From an uncultured archaeon (GTDB lineage Archaea > Asgardarchaeota > Lokiarchaeia > Sigyniarchaeales > SOKP01): DNA of 50,532 bases. Shown here in pieces: positions 39,801 through 49,428 of this stretch (within the stretch, counting starts at the first letter, position 1; every line of letters starts with the position of its first letter). Under the pieces are notes generated by a model. That model was not told the origin of the DNA and did not search any database. It saw only the letters and a list, made by a program, of their open reading frames with translations. The stretch lies in the NCBI GenBank assembly GCA_964525635.1, contig CAZGJX010000014.1:1-50532 (forward strand), written 5' to 3'. The position numbers and the translations under genes are program-made.

Positions 39801-41912
39801 TTATAAGTAAAATCCTATTATTCCAGCTCCATAGTGGAATATTTCTAATAAGAATAATCCTACGAAAAGGGTTGCTGTAAGAGACATTACGACTAACAAT
39901 GTATTAATACTTGGACCAGATGTATCTTTAAAAGGATCTCCAACAGTATCTCCTGTTATTGCGGCCTTATGAGTTTCTGTTCCTTTTCCACCTAAATTGC
40001 CGTCTTCAATCCATTTCTTAGCATTATCCCACGCTCCGCCACTATTACTCATAAATATTGCAAATACAAAACCAGAAAGAATAGCTCCTCCTAAGAAAGC
40101 TCCTAAAGAAGCAACACCAAAGAGTATTCCAATAGCAATAGGAAATAATATAGATATTATACTAGGAAAAATTAGTTCTTTAATTGAACCTTTAGTTGCG
40201 ATATCAATACATTTGTTAAAATCAGCAGCTTCTTCCCCTGTGAGTATTTTTGGATTCTCTTCAAATTGTCTTCGGATTTCATTTACCATTTTACCAGCAT
40301 TTCTCTGTACAGCTAAAACTAAGATAGCTGAGAATAAAGCAGGTGCAACAACACCAAGAAATGCTCCAATTAATACACTTGGATTTAAAAGATTTATTCC
40401 CTGAGGTAATCCTCCTGCTTCCTGTGCAAATGAGAAAAGTAATGCGAGTACAGTTAAATTAGCAGCACCTATAGCAAATCCTTTAGTAATTGCTTTCGCA
40501 GTGTTTCCTGCAGAATCTAATTTATCTGCTGTTCTTATTACCTCATCCCCAAGGGCTCCTTGTTCTGCAATACCTCTAGCATTATCACAAATAGGACCAT
40601 AAGCGTCGTTGGAAACGATAGTCGCAACTATTGATAACATACCTACAGCTGCTATTGCAATCCCATATACCCCTGCTCCTGCATGTGCAAAATCAGCGAT
40701 CCAATAGGCACCAGCCATCGCAGCAACAAGTCCTAAAGCAGGTGGAAAAACACTTAGAAGACCATAACTAAAACCACTTAAAATAGTAACAGCATGACCT
40801 TCTTGTGCAGCTAAAGCTATATTTCTAGTTGGTGTTTTATCCTCTCTTGTAAAGTAATCACTTGTCCATCCAATAACTACACCAGATAAAATACCTACTG
40901 TAGCGCAAACCCATAGTGCCCAAGCAAATCTAATATCTTCAGAATCCGTTAAGAATAATGTAACCAATCCAATACATACTGCTGCTAATCCTATAAAAAT
41001 AGCTGTTGCAAGATAAGTTCCACCATTTAGTAATTTACTTGGTATATCTGTTTTCCACATCTTAATTATATATATTCCAATTATTGAAGCGAATAATCCA
41101 AAAGAACATATTAAAATTGGTAAAATGGCAAAAATCTCCCCAGCTATTACACCTAAAGTTCCAGTTAAAAGCATTGCAGCTACAATAGAAGCAACATAAC
41201 TATCAAATAAGTCACTTCCCATACCAGCAATATCTCCTACATTATCACCTACATTATCAGCAATAGAAGCAGGATTTCTTGGATCATCTTCAGGAAGATT
41301 ATATTCTGCTTTTCCTACTAAATCAGCTCCGACATCAGCAGTTTTTGTAAAAATACCACCACCGCATTTTGCAAATAAAGCAACACTACTTGCTCCAAAA
41401 CTAAAACCCAGAATAATAGTAGCAGGATCTGATACAATTTCAGTTGCACCAGCAATCCAATATATAGAAGAAACTCCAATCAAAGCAACACCGACAACAG
41501 CTAAACCCATAACACAACCACCAAAAAATGATACTTCAAATCCTTTTTTGATTCCTACTGTACAGGCTTGAGCCGCTCTTGTATTTGCTTTTACTCCAAC
41601 TATCATTCCTAGCCAACCTGCCCACATAGAACCTCCAGCTCCAATAAGATATGTTATCATGTGTGCCCAACTATATTCACCAGGTTTTATGGCAAATAAT
41701 AAAATGATTGATATTCCTGCAACAAAGAGAATTAAGATTTTGTATTGAACTTCAATAAATGTTTTAGCACCACTTGCAATATACCCTGATATTTCTTGCA
41801 TTTTTTCATTTCCAGGATCTTCTTTCATGACATTTCTAGCAAATAATAATGCTAAAAGTATAGCTAAAATACCAGAAATTAATGCAATTATTATTAATAA
41901 AGGTACTTCCAT
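39801..41912 (-). CDS. hppA: Membrane-bound ion-translocating pyrophosphatase, K+-independent signature
   Basis: GGGIFTKTADVGADLVGK, PEDDPRN, DNVGDNVGD, GGAWDNAKK, GDTVGDPFKDTSGP; GNTAKA. Confidence 0.97.
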   Translation of the reverse strand: MEVPLLIIIALISGILAILLALLFARNVMKEDPGNEKMQEISGYIASGAKTFIEVQYKILILFVAGISIILLFAIKPGEYSWAHMITYLIGAGGSMWAGWLGMIVGVKANTRAAQACTVGIKKGFEVSFFGGCVMGLAVVGVALIGVSSIYWIAGATEIVSDPATIILGFSFGASSVALFAKCGGGIFTKTADVGADLVGKAEYNLPEDDPRNPASIADNVGDNVGDIAGMGSDLFDSYVASIVAAMLLTGTLGVIAGEIFAILPILICSFGLFASIIGIYIIKMWKTDIPSKLLNGGTYLATAIFIGLAAVCIGLVTLFLTDSEDIRFAWALWVCATVGILSGVVIGWTSDYFTREDKTPTRNIALAAQEGHAVTILSGFSYGLLSVFPPALGLVAAMAGAYWIADFAHAGAGVYGIAIAAVGMLSIVATIVSNDAYGPICDNARGIAEQGALGDEVIRTADKLDSAGNTAKAITKGFAIGAANLTVLALLFSFAQEAGGLPQGINLLNPSVLIGAFLGVVAPALFSAILVLAVQRNAGKMVNEIRRQFEENPKILTGEEAADFNKCIDIATKGSIKELIFPSIISILFPIAIGILFGVASLGAFLGGAILSGFVFAIFMSNSGGAWDNAKKWIEDGNLGGKGTETHKAAITGDTVGDPFKDTSGPSINTLLVVMSLTATLFVGLFLLEIFHYGAGIIGFYL

Positions 41913-41947
41913 TTTTTTTTTTCACTTTATAGTTTTTTTGTCTGTAT

Positions 41948-41973
41948 ATACTGAAATTTAAAGATTTCAGTAT
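41948..41973. promoter_or_regulatory. Perfect 10-bp inverted repeat upstream of hppA
   Basis: ATACTGAAAT-ttaaag-ATTTCAGTAT, about 35 nt upstream of the hppA ATG. Confidence 0.5.
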
Positions 41974-42158
41974 CTTTTAAATAATTTTTGAAATTAAATA
42001 GAAATTATATGAAGATTAATTGCCCAAACCTTATAAAGTGAATGAAGAATAATAAGATGTTAAAAAATAGACTGCTTATAATGAAATATTAATGTTTTAT
42101 TCATAAATTAATTTTACTATTATTAAAAATCTCGTTTTAAATTAGTAATATTCATATT

Positions 42159-43214
42159 TTACTTGAAAAGATTGATATTTAATTTATACCATTTTAAAGT
42201 TTTTTCGATTCCTTCTTTTGGATTGATTATTGGACTCCATTTTAGAATTTCTTGAGCTTTAGAGATATCTGAAATGTAAGCTAATTGATCAGCTGCTCTC
42301 CAATCAGCTAATTTATAGGTAATCTTCTTATTAAGTAAATCCTCTAAAATAATTATTAATTCTAATATTGATATTGAATTTCTCTTTCCACCCCCCAAAC
42401 AGAAAACTTCATTTTTTATGTTGTTTTCTATAAGATTGTTAAATGCATTTATTAGATCAGAGATATAAAGAATATCTCTTACTTGTTTTCCATTTCCATA
42501 AATAGTGATTTTTTGATTCTTTAAAGCACTAATGATGAAATGTACTAACCACCCTTGAGCTTCTACTCCAAATTGTCTTGGACCATAGACACAAGATATA
42601 CGAAATATATTAGTATCCAATCCATATGAATATCCATATTCTTGAAAATATAGATCAGAACAGAGTTTAGATGTACCATAAGGGCTATGATGACATAAAT
42701 CTATTTTAAAATCTTCTGGAACACCATCTATGTATCGATCGTTAATCTCATATTTTAATTCCTTTTCAATTAGATTGATATTATTCACATTATCTCCATA
42801 GACCTTATTTGTGGAACATAATATTAATTTGGATTTTGAATTAGAAATTCTAACGGCTTCTAATAGATTTATAGAGGCAATAACATTATTTTCAAAATCT
42901 AAATATGGAAATTTTAAAGAATTCACAACCGCAGTTTGTCCAGCAGTATGAAAAATAATATCAAAATTCTTATTTTTAATTAATTCTTTTAAAAAAACGA
43001 AATCTCGTAGATCCTTCTTATAAAAAGTGATATTGGTATATTTTTTTAAATATTGCCAATTATATGTAAATTTTTTGGAAGTATCTGGATTCAATAATTT
43101 AGCTCTTGAAAGGTTATCTATAACATGGATTTTATAGGAATGATCTTTCTGAGCAAGGAACTCAGCAATATGAGAACCGATGAAACCTCCTCCACCAGTG
43201 ATTAAGATTCTCAT
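42159..43214 (-). CDS. NAD-dependent epimerase/dehydratase (CDP-paratose 2-epimerase RfbE-like)
   Basis: ITGGGGFIGS, HTAGQTAV, STNKVYG, SPYGTSK, GPRQFGVEAQGW, GKQVRDIL. Confidence 0.9.
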   Translation of the reverse strand: MRILITGGGGFIGSHIAEFLAQKDHSYKIHVIDNLSRAKLLNPDTSKKFTYNWQYLKKYTNITFYKKDLRDFVFLKELIKNKNFDIIFHTAGQTAVVNSLKFPYLDFENNVIASINLLEAVRISNSKSKLILCSTNKVYGDNVNNINLIEKELKYEINDRYIDGVPEDFKIDLCHHSPYGTSKLCSDLYFQEYGYSYGLDTNIFRISCVYGPRQFGVEAQGWLVHFIISALKNQKITIYGNGKQVRDILYISDLINAFNNLIENNIKNEVFCLGGGKRNSISILELIIILEDLLNKKITYKLADWRAADQLAYISDISKAQEILKWSPIINPKEGIEKTLKWYKLNINLFK

Positions 43215-43466
43215 TAATATAGTAAATTACTTCTATCATAAAGTATTTTATGAAAAATTTTCAGTTTACTATTGAATTATAACTATATATCAGTTTTAAG
43301 GGATTAGTGCTGATTTTAAAGAAAAGTTCGTGAAAGAGAAGTTATGCGATATTTCCTATATATCCTGAGAATATAATATTAGTTTCAGAATAGTGATTAT
43401 CAGTTTATTATATATTATATGTGAGTTTTAATCAATAAATGATAAATTTCTTAATTTTCAATCGAA

Positions 43467-44066
43467 TTGATAACAATGTTTCATAATATTCCAAAACTCA
43501 TAAAAGAAAGAATTAAATATTTAGAGGAAATAGATTCTAGAGATAGAATTAATGGCACTCCTAGATTAGAAAGACTCCGTCAAATACCTCCTGAAACAGG
43601 AAAATTTCTTGCATTAATGGCAGCTAGTGCTCCAAATGGAGAAATTTTGGAGATAGGCACTAGTGCAGGTTATTCTACTCTTTGGATCGCATTAGCATGT
43701 AAGAATAACAATAAAAAAATTACGACTTTTGAAATTCTAAAAGAAAAAATAAAAATGGCTAAAGAAACATTTAAAACAACCAAGTTAGAAAATAAAATTG
43801 ATTTAATTGAAGGTAATGTTCTTCAATATTTACATAATTATAAAAATATTTCTTTCTGTTTTTTAGATGCTGAGAAAGCAATTTATCAAAAGTGTTATGA
43901 TTTAATCATTCCAAATATGATTAAAGGAGGTATTTTTATAGCCGATAATGCTATTAGTCACTATGATAGATTAAAACTAATGCTGGAAAATGTTTTAAAT
44001 GATTATCGTGTTGATGGGATCATTGTACCATTAGGAAAGGGTTTATTACTATGTAAAAAAATTTAA
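43467..44066 (+). CDS. Class I SAM-dependent O-methyltransferase (COMT/YrrM-like)
   Basis: LEIGTSAGYST, FLDAEK, IADN. Confidence 0.9.
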   Translation: MITMFHNIPKLIKERIKYLEEIDSRDRINGTPRLERLRQIPPETGKFLALMAASAPNGEILEIGTSAGYSTLWIALACKNNNKKITTFEILKEKIKMAKETFKTTKLENKIDLIEGNVLQYLHNYKNISFCFLDAEKAIYQKCYDLIIPNMIKGGIFIADNAISHYDRLKLMLENVLNDYRVDGIIVPLGKGLLLCKKI

Positions 44067-44144
44067 GAAAGAATAACTTTTTTCAAAGACTAAATTATTA
44101 TTTACTCGGTTTATATACCTATTGTAAAGATCTCATATTTTCAT

Positions 44145-45467
44145 TTATTCTTCTTTAAAATCTAAAAAACCAATATTTGAGTTTTTTGGAATCTTAAATG
44201 AAAATTCTTTATCTGGTTCATCTTTTAATTCCTCATAAAGTTCAAGAAAATCAGAATTAGTATTCATAGGAGATTTTACTAAATCTTCTAAAACAATCTC
44301 ATATTCTTCGGTATCTTGAATAATGTTTTTTATTTTATTATCAATAATATTTAATGGCTTCCTCAATTTATTTGGTAAATAAATTGGACTCTTCTTACTT
44401 TTTATGAACCGTGATGAGGAATTAGGAAAATGTTTTTTTATCAATACATAAGCTGATTTATATTCATTCATATCTATACATGTTTTTTTTAAAAGTCTCT
44501 CATATTTATTCTCGAATTCATCAGTAAAATCAATTAATGATTCTCTTAAGGATTTAGAAGATCTAGAAGTAACTATTCCTACTGTGATATATTTCGAATC
44601 ATTTAAATGAAGAATCCCCTCCTCTAATTTTATATCTAAAACCCCCCCGATATTCATAATTTCCTCACTTATCATTTGGATAGCATTAAGAAATTCTGTA
44701 AAAATTATTTCACTGATATCATAATCTGACCAATTATAATCATAAATTGGTTGTCCGTCTCGATTTTTAACAATAATTCTAAAAATTTGAAATGGTAAAA
44801 TATGTAGAATTTTAGGCTCTCGAGCAATTATAAAAGATATTATACTGAATCCTATTAGTATAGATATATTTACTGCTATTATTAAAAGAGGATTAATGAG
44901 AACTAAAAACATAAATAATATTACCCCCATGGATAAAATGATAAGTCCTATGAAAAAGATCAATGTATCCTTTTTTAAAGTAAATGGAGAATTTCTCCAA
45001 GTTCTATATCCCCAGTATAACAAATATAAAGGAATTATAAAATAAAATAGATTTACAAGAATCCTAAATGAACCATACCATCCATATATTTGAATATCTT
45101 TATCCATTTGAATAGCTTCTGGCTGAAGTCCTAGATAAACTAGAATACCTCCTAAGGTAATAATTAGGATAAGAACCTTAGAAAAATAGGATTCTTTCTT
45201 AGTATAATTGATACCAATAATTATGAAAAGTACAGTTGGAAATATTACTATACCCGCTATTCGTGAAAAATCAGCATTTATTAGAACAATGGATAGAGCA
45301 TTTGCAATATTAAAAATCGCAAAACATATTAAACCTAAGTCAATATAAAATAATGTAATATTCCTTTTTTCATTGATTGAAGTGACTTCTATTATTAATA
45401 TTGTAATTATACATATAATTGCTACAAATATCTCACTAATAGATTCCAATAAAAGATATAATTCCAT
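44145..45467 (-). CDS. 7TM membrane protein fused to a cytoplasmic longin-like domain
   Basis: Seven TM helices (aa ~1-215), then RIIVKNRDGQPIY...FLNAIQMISEEIM...LDIKLEEGILHL...SLIDFTDEFENKY...IKKHF, a longin-fold pattern. Confidence 0.72.
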   Translation of the reverse strand: MELYLLLESISEIFVAIICIITILIIEVTSINEKRNITLFYIDLGLICFAIFNIANALSIVLINADFSRIAGIVIFPTVLFIIIGINYTKKESYFSKVLILIITLGGILVYLGLQPEAIQMDKDIQIYGWYGSFRILVNLFYFIIPLYLLYWGYRTWRNSPFTLKKDTLIFFIGLIILSMGVILFMFLVLINPLLIIAVNISILIGFSIISFIIAREPKILHILPFQIFRIIVKNRDGQPIYDYNWSDYDISEIIFTEFLNAIQMISEEIMNIGGVLDIKLEEGILHLNDSKYITVGIVTSRSSKSLRESLIDFTDEFENKYERLLKKTCIDMNEYKSAYVLIKKHFPNSSSRFIKSKKSPIYLPNKLRKPLNIIDNKIKNIIQDTEEYEIVLEDLVKSPMNTNSDFLELYEELKDEPDKEFSFKIPKNSNIGFLDFKEE

Positions 45468-45494
45468 ATATTTTTCACTTGACTTATTTAATTT

Positions 45495-46259
45495 TTATTT
45501 TTTTTTTTTTAAATTAAAATTATATTCTCCAAATTCAAAATTATTTTTGTATAATTTTATAATTTTATAATTTAAAGATAATTCTTTTTTAGAACTATCT
45601 AAAAATCTAATAATTTCATTTTCTAATAATATATTCAATCTATAATACACATTATGCCGGTTTTCACCAATAATTTTATATATTTCTGATCTCTTGATTT
45701 TATTGGCTGATATAATAAGAGAAATTATTTTCTTGGTTATTTTATCTTTACAAAAAAAAGAAAGTTTAGCTAATTCTTCATTCATTCCTATGGGAATAAA
45801 AAATGATGAATTACCTATTTTTATTTTATTTATTAACTTAAATTTCAGAAGCATACCAATATGCCAGATAAAATGTCCAGTACTTCCTTTTTTTTTACTA
45901 AATATTTTATTTTTTAGTGATGAAAAACTGATACCTTTACTAGCTATAATACAATAGTAAATTTTTCGTCTTAACCGATTATTAAGAACTGTTTTTTTCG
46001 TATATTTAGATCCTTCAATCAATAATTTTTTATTAAGTAGAAATTCAATTTTTTCTATTATATCCTTTCTATGTAATCCTAACTCTTTTCGAACAGCTTT
46101 TTCAAGTAATTTAATGTTTAAATATGAATTTTTATTAATCATTTCTTCAGCAATACTCAGAATTCTTTGAATGTCTGGACTTTGAATTTCCAAAAAACCG
46201 CTGTTATACCTTTCAATCATCTCTTTTTGCTGGTTTGATGGAAAAGGTTCCAAATTCAT
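45495..46259 (-). CDS. Multi-winged-helix transcriptional regulator (ArsR/HVO_0163-like)
   Basis: VLNNRLRRKIYYCI...GISFSSL...WHIGMLLKFKLI; second HTH SEIYKII...NVYYRLNILLENEII. Confidence 0.8.
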   Translation of the reverse strand: MNLEPFPSNQQKEMIERYNSGFLEIQSPDIQRILSIAEEMINKNSYLNIKLLEKAVRKELGLHRKDIIEKIEFLLNKKLLIEGSKYTKKTVLNNRLRRKIYYCIIASKGISFSSLKNKIFSKKKGSTGHFIWHIGMLLKFKLINKIKIGNSSFFIPIGMNEELAKLSFFCKDKITKKIISLIISANKIKRSEIYKIIGENRHNVYYRLNILLENEIIRFLDSSKKELSLNYKIIKLYKNNFEFGEYNFNLKKKK

Positions 46260-46600
46260 AATAGTTTCACATTAATTTGAAAGATTCTCTTTTGTTCAAT
46301 TGTTTTTATATTATGAAAGAAATATTAAAATTCTTTATAGATATTCATGTAATACGCATTTTTCAACAGAGAATAAAATAGTGATCAAATTCTCAATCTT
46401 AAATAAATACTTTTAAATAATTTTTATTTTCTTTATCAAAATAATTTATTTTTCAAGTTCTACCTAAAAAGATAAAAATTTTTTTTTATCTATATTCACT
46501 CATAATAATATATTTATTTAAAGAATTTTTAAAACTAAATTAGAACAATAACTTATATTTTCATTATTAATTTTACATCAAATAATAAATTGATTGAACA

Positions 46601-47704
46601 ATGAGAAAAATAGATTTAATTAGAAAAAAGAAAGGTAGGTTAATTTTAATATCATTAATTTTAGGATCTTTTTCAATTTTTAGTTCCTTTTTAATTTATT
46701 TTAATATCAACAATGTTGATAATTCATTTGCATATAATGAGGATCTATGGACAGCTGGTATTTTCAATCTTGATACACATGAATTTGATAATTCTGAGGA
46801 TCAACAAAAAGTATTATTTAGTTATCCTGAAGATAACATTGGAGTATACAGAATGAGAGAAGCTCCAGGTGACGGGACATATGTAGAAATGGTTGGATTT
46901 TGGAATAATATAACACTTAAAACATCAGATAAATTAAATATAACATTTAATTTTCGGATCACCCATACCGCTCCAATAATACCTTATATGTATATTGTTA
47001 TTATATATCCTAATGGTTCTTATTATAATCCCCCACTAATTCACTATACTACTTCAAATTATAAATGGCAAGAAGTGAATTATGAAACCCCTATATTGGA
47101 AAATGATATAGAATATAAGATATTTCTCTGTTATGTGGATGGAGCTGAACATAATTGGCAAACAAATCTTGAATATAAGAATATTGAAATTACTCCATAT
47201 ACATTAAATTCTTCTGAATTTTTATATGATAAAAATTTATGGATTAATGATATTATGTATCGCGACCTTCCCGATCACCCATCAGTCTATACTGAAGATC
47301 AACAAAAAGTATTATTTAGCTATCCTGAAGAAAACATTGGAGTTTATAAAGCTAGTGAGGCACCAGGTGGTGGAACTTTTAATGAAATGGCGGGATTCTG
47401 GAATAATATAATGCTTAAGAAGTCACATAAACTTAACATTACATTTCAATTTCGTATAACTACTGAACCTATAACAACACCTTCTATTTATATCGCTATT
47501 ATAAATCCTTATGGAAATTTTTATACTAATCCCACACAATTTCAATACACTACTTCAAATTATAAATGGCAAAAAATGAATTATGAAACCCCCATATTAG
47601 AGAAAGATATAGAATATAAAATATTTCTCTGTTATAAAGATGAATATAGTGATAATAAGCAAGAAAATCTTGAATGTAAAGAGATTAATATTGTTCAAAT
47701 TTAA
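46601..47704 (+). CDS. Secreted/membrane-anchored protein with two tandem ~160-aa beta-sandwich repeats
   Basis: N-terminal basic region plus TM helix; repeated EDQQKVLFSYPExNIGVY...EAPGxGT...GFWNNI...YTTSNYKWQ...NYETPILExDIEYKIFLCY. Confidence 0.8.
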   Translation: MRKIDLIRKKKGRLILISLILGSFSIFSSFLIYFNINNVDNSFAYNEDLWTAGIFNLDTHEFDNSEDQQKVLFSYPEDNIGVYRMREAPGDGTYVEMVGFWNNITLKTSDKLNITFNFRITHTAPIIPYMYIVIIYPNGSYYNPPLIHYTTSNYKWQEVNYETPILENDIEYKIFLCYVDGAEHNWQTNLEYKNIEITPYTLNSSEFLYDKNLWINDIMYRDLPDHPSVYTEDQQKVLFSYPEENIGVYKASEAPGGGTFNEMAGFWNNIMLKKSHKLNITFQFRITTEPITTPSIYIAIINPYGNFYTNPTQFQYTTSNYKWQKMNYETPILEKDIEYKIFLCYKDEYSDNKQENLECKEINIVQI

Positions 47705-48257
47705 GTAAATATTTTTTTTAATTAATTAAGGATACTAGATTAATCATATAATTCTTAAAACAATGCATATTTGTCTAAATTTAATCCTATTCCTATATAT
47801 TTCAAATTGAATTCTTATAATAAATTTTAATAAGAAGAAATAGATAGAAATATTTAAAATAAGATTTCTTGAGATATACAAAAATTTATAATTATAAAGG
47901 AATAATCTTTAAGAATAGACTTTATGTTAATCAATTTTAATTATGATTTTTCTAGTATAATTTAAATAATTAATTCTATTCTTTTTTAAAATCTAAGTAA
48001 TCAGGATTATATTTTTTATTATTTTTATATATTATTTCTTCTGTTTCATCTTTCAATTCATTATAAAGCTCAAAAAATCATTTATAAAGTTAATTTAAAA
48101 AACAAAGTCTTTTATTTTAATTAGGTTTTCAGCTTTTTCTACATTTTAAATATATTTATTCTTCGGAATAGATATAATTCAATCTTAAATTGTGTTTTTT
48201 TTTTAAAAATCTATCACAAAATTAAAAGAAGAATATTTCTTTTTATTACATATAGTT

Positions 48258-49196
48258 ATGTTAGATATAATGAAAGAATATACATGTGATATATGTATTA
48301 TTGGCGCAGGTCCAGCAGGATTAAATGCTGCAATTTATAGCAGTAGAGCTAATAGAGATACAATTGTTCTTGAAGGAAAACAAATAAGTGCTTTAGGAAA
48401 AACAAAACGAATAGAGAATTGGCTTGGAGAAAAAAGTATTGAAGGCGATAAATTACTAAGTAAATTCAAGGATCATGTTCTAAGTCTAAATAAAGTCAGA
48501 ATAATTAAAGGAGATATCATAGCATTGATGCTAGGTATGGGAAAGAATATGATCTCAACAAGATCCGCAAATATTACTGCTGATGCAATCATTATCGCAA
48601 CTGGAATAGGGGAAAGAAAAGAAGTTATTAAAGGAGAATCTGATTTATTAGGATATGGAGTGTCTTATTGTGCACTTTGTGATGGACCTTTATATAGAGA
48701 GAAAATCGTATTTTTATATGGTGAAGATGAGGAATTAATTGAAGATACTCTAATTCTTCATCAAATGGGGTGTTATGTAAATATAATCACATCGAAAAGT
48801 ATTGAGGAATTACCAGAAAATATAGAAAAAATAAAGAAAAAGAAAATCAAAATAATTGAGAATATGGAAATTATTGAATTAATCTCTAATCCAGAGGGAT
48901 TATTGGAAAAGATTAAATGCTTATCAACTAAATCAGATGAAATAAAAGAATTTAGTTTAGATGCACTTTTTATTTTTACTTATGTTCCATCTAATTCAAT
49001 TTTCAAGAAAGCTGGGATAGAATTGGATAATAAAGGAAATATAATTGTAAATGAAAATCAGGAAACTAATCTAAAAGGAGTTTATGCAGCAGGAGATATA
49101 ACTGGAGGTGTGTTCCAAGCAATATTTGCAGCAGCTGAAGGTGCTCGCGCAGGTATTAATGCTGCTAAATATGTTAGACAATTAGAAAAATTGTAA
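48258..49196 (+). CDS. trxB: Thioredoxin reductase-like flavoprotein with degenerate NADPH site
   Basis: IIGAGPAG, GVSYCALCDG, GVYAAGD. The second Rossmann GGG motif is replaced by YGEDEE. Confidence 0.82.
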   Translation: MLDIMKEYTCDICIIGAGPAGLNAAIYSSRANRDTIVLEGKQISALGKTKRIENWLGEKSIEGDKLLSKFKDHVLSLNKVRIIKGDIIALMLGMGKNMISTRSANITADAIIIATGIGERKEVIKGESDLLGYGVSYCALCDGPLYREKIVFLYGEDEELIEDTLILHQMGCYVNIITSKSIEELPENIEKIKKKKIKIIENMEIIELISNPEGLLEKIKCLSTKSDEIKEFSLDALFIFTYVPSNSIFKKAGIELDNKGNIIVNENQETNLKGVYAAGDITGGVFQAIFAAAEGARAGINAAKYVRQLEKL

Positions 49197-49376
49197 TATT
49201 TATTTTATTCAAAGATGCTAAATATCCTTAATTAAATAGCTTTAGGAATTAAAAATTGAAAATAACTTCTTTCAACATAATTACATTGAATTCTATTTTT
49301 TTCTTTTATATATTCATTAGTTCAGATCTTAATACTAAAATATAGTTTTAACTTTTACATATTTAAAATATTATCC

Positions 49377-49428
49377 ACATAATACAATATATTATGTAAT
49401 ATCTCCGTAATATTATCATTATTATGGA
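49377..49428. promoter_or_regulatory. Two tandem dif-like/Xer-type inverted repeats overlapping the xerA start
   Basis: ACATAATA-caata-TATTATGT (49377-49397) and TCCGTAATA-ttatcat-TATTATGGA (49404-49428). Confidence 0.5.

Noticed and set aside
4407-47411. Shadow ORFs in the track (4407-4685, 11418-11681, 12969-13289, 13818-14060, 15076-15270, 19605-19820, 21308-21496, 23312-23500, 27593-27865, 28055-28312, 28646-28828, 29386-29586, 30022-30565, 34084-34383, 35427-35654, 39997-40404, 45373-45570, 45694-45957, 47226-47411)
   Set aside because: They overlap well-supported genes in antisense or alternative frames and have no recognisable motifs.
49371-49379. Exact bacterial DnaA box TTATCCACA
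   Set aside because: Single copy in an archaeal context with no DnaA; it overlaps the palindrome better explained by XerA.
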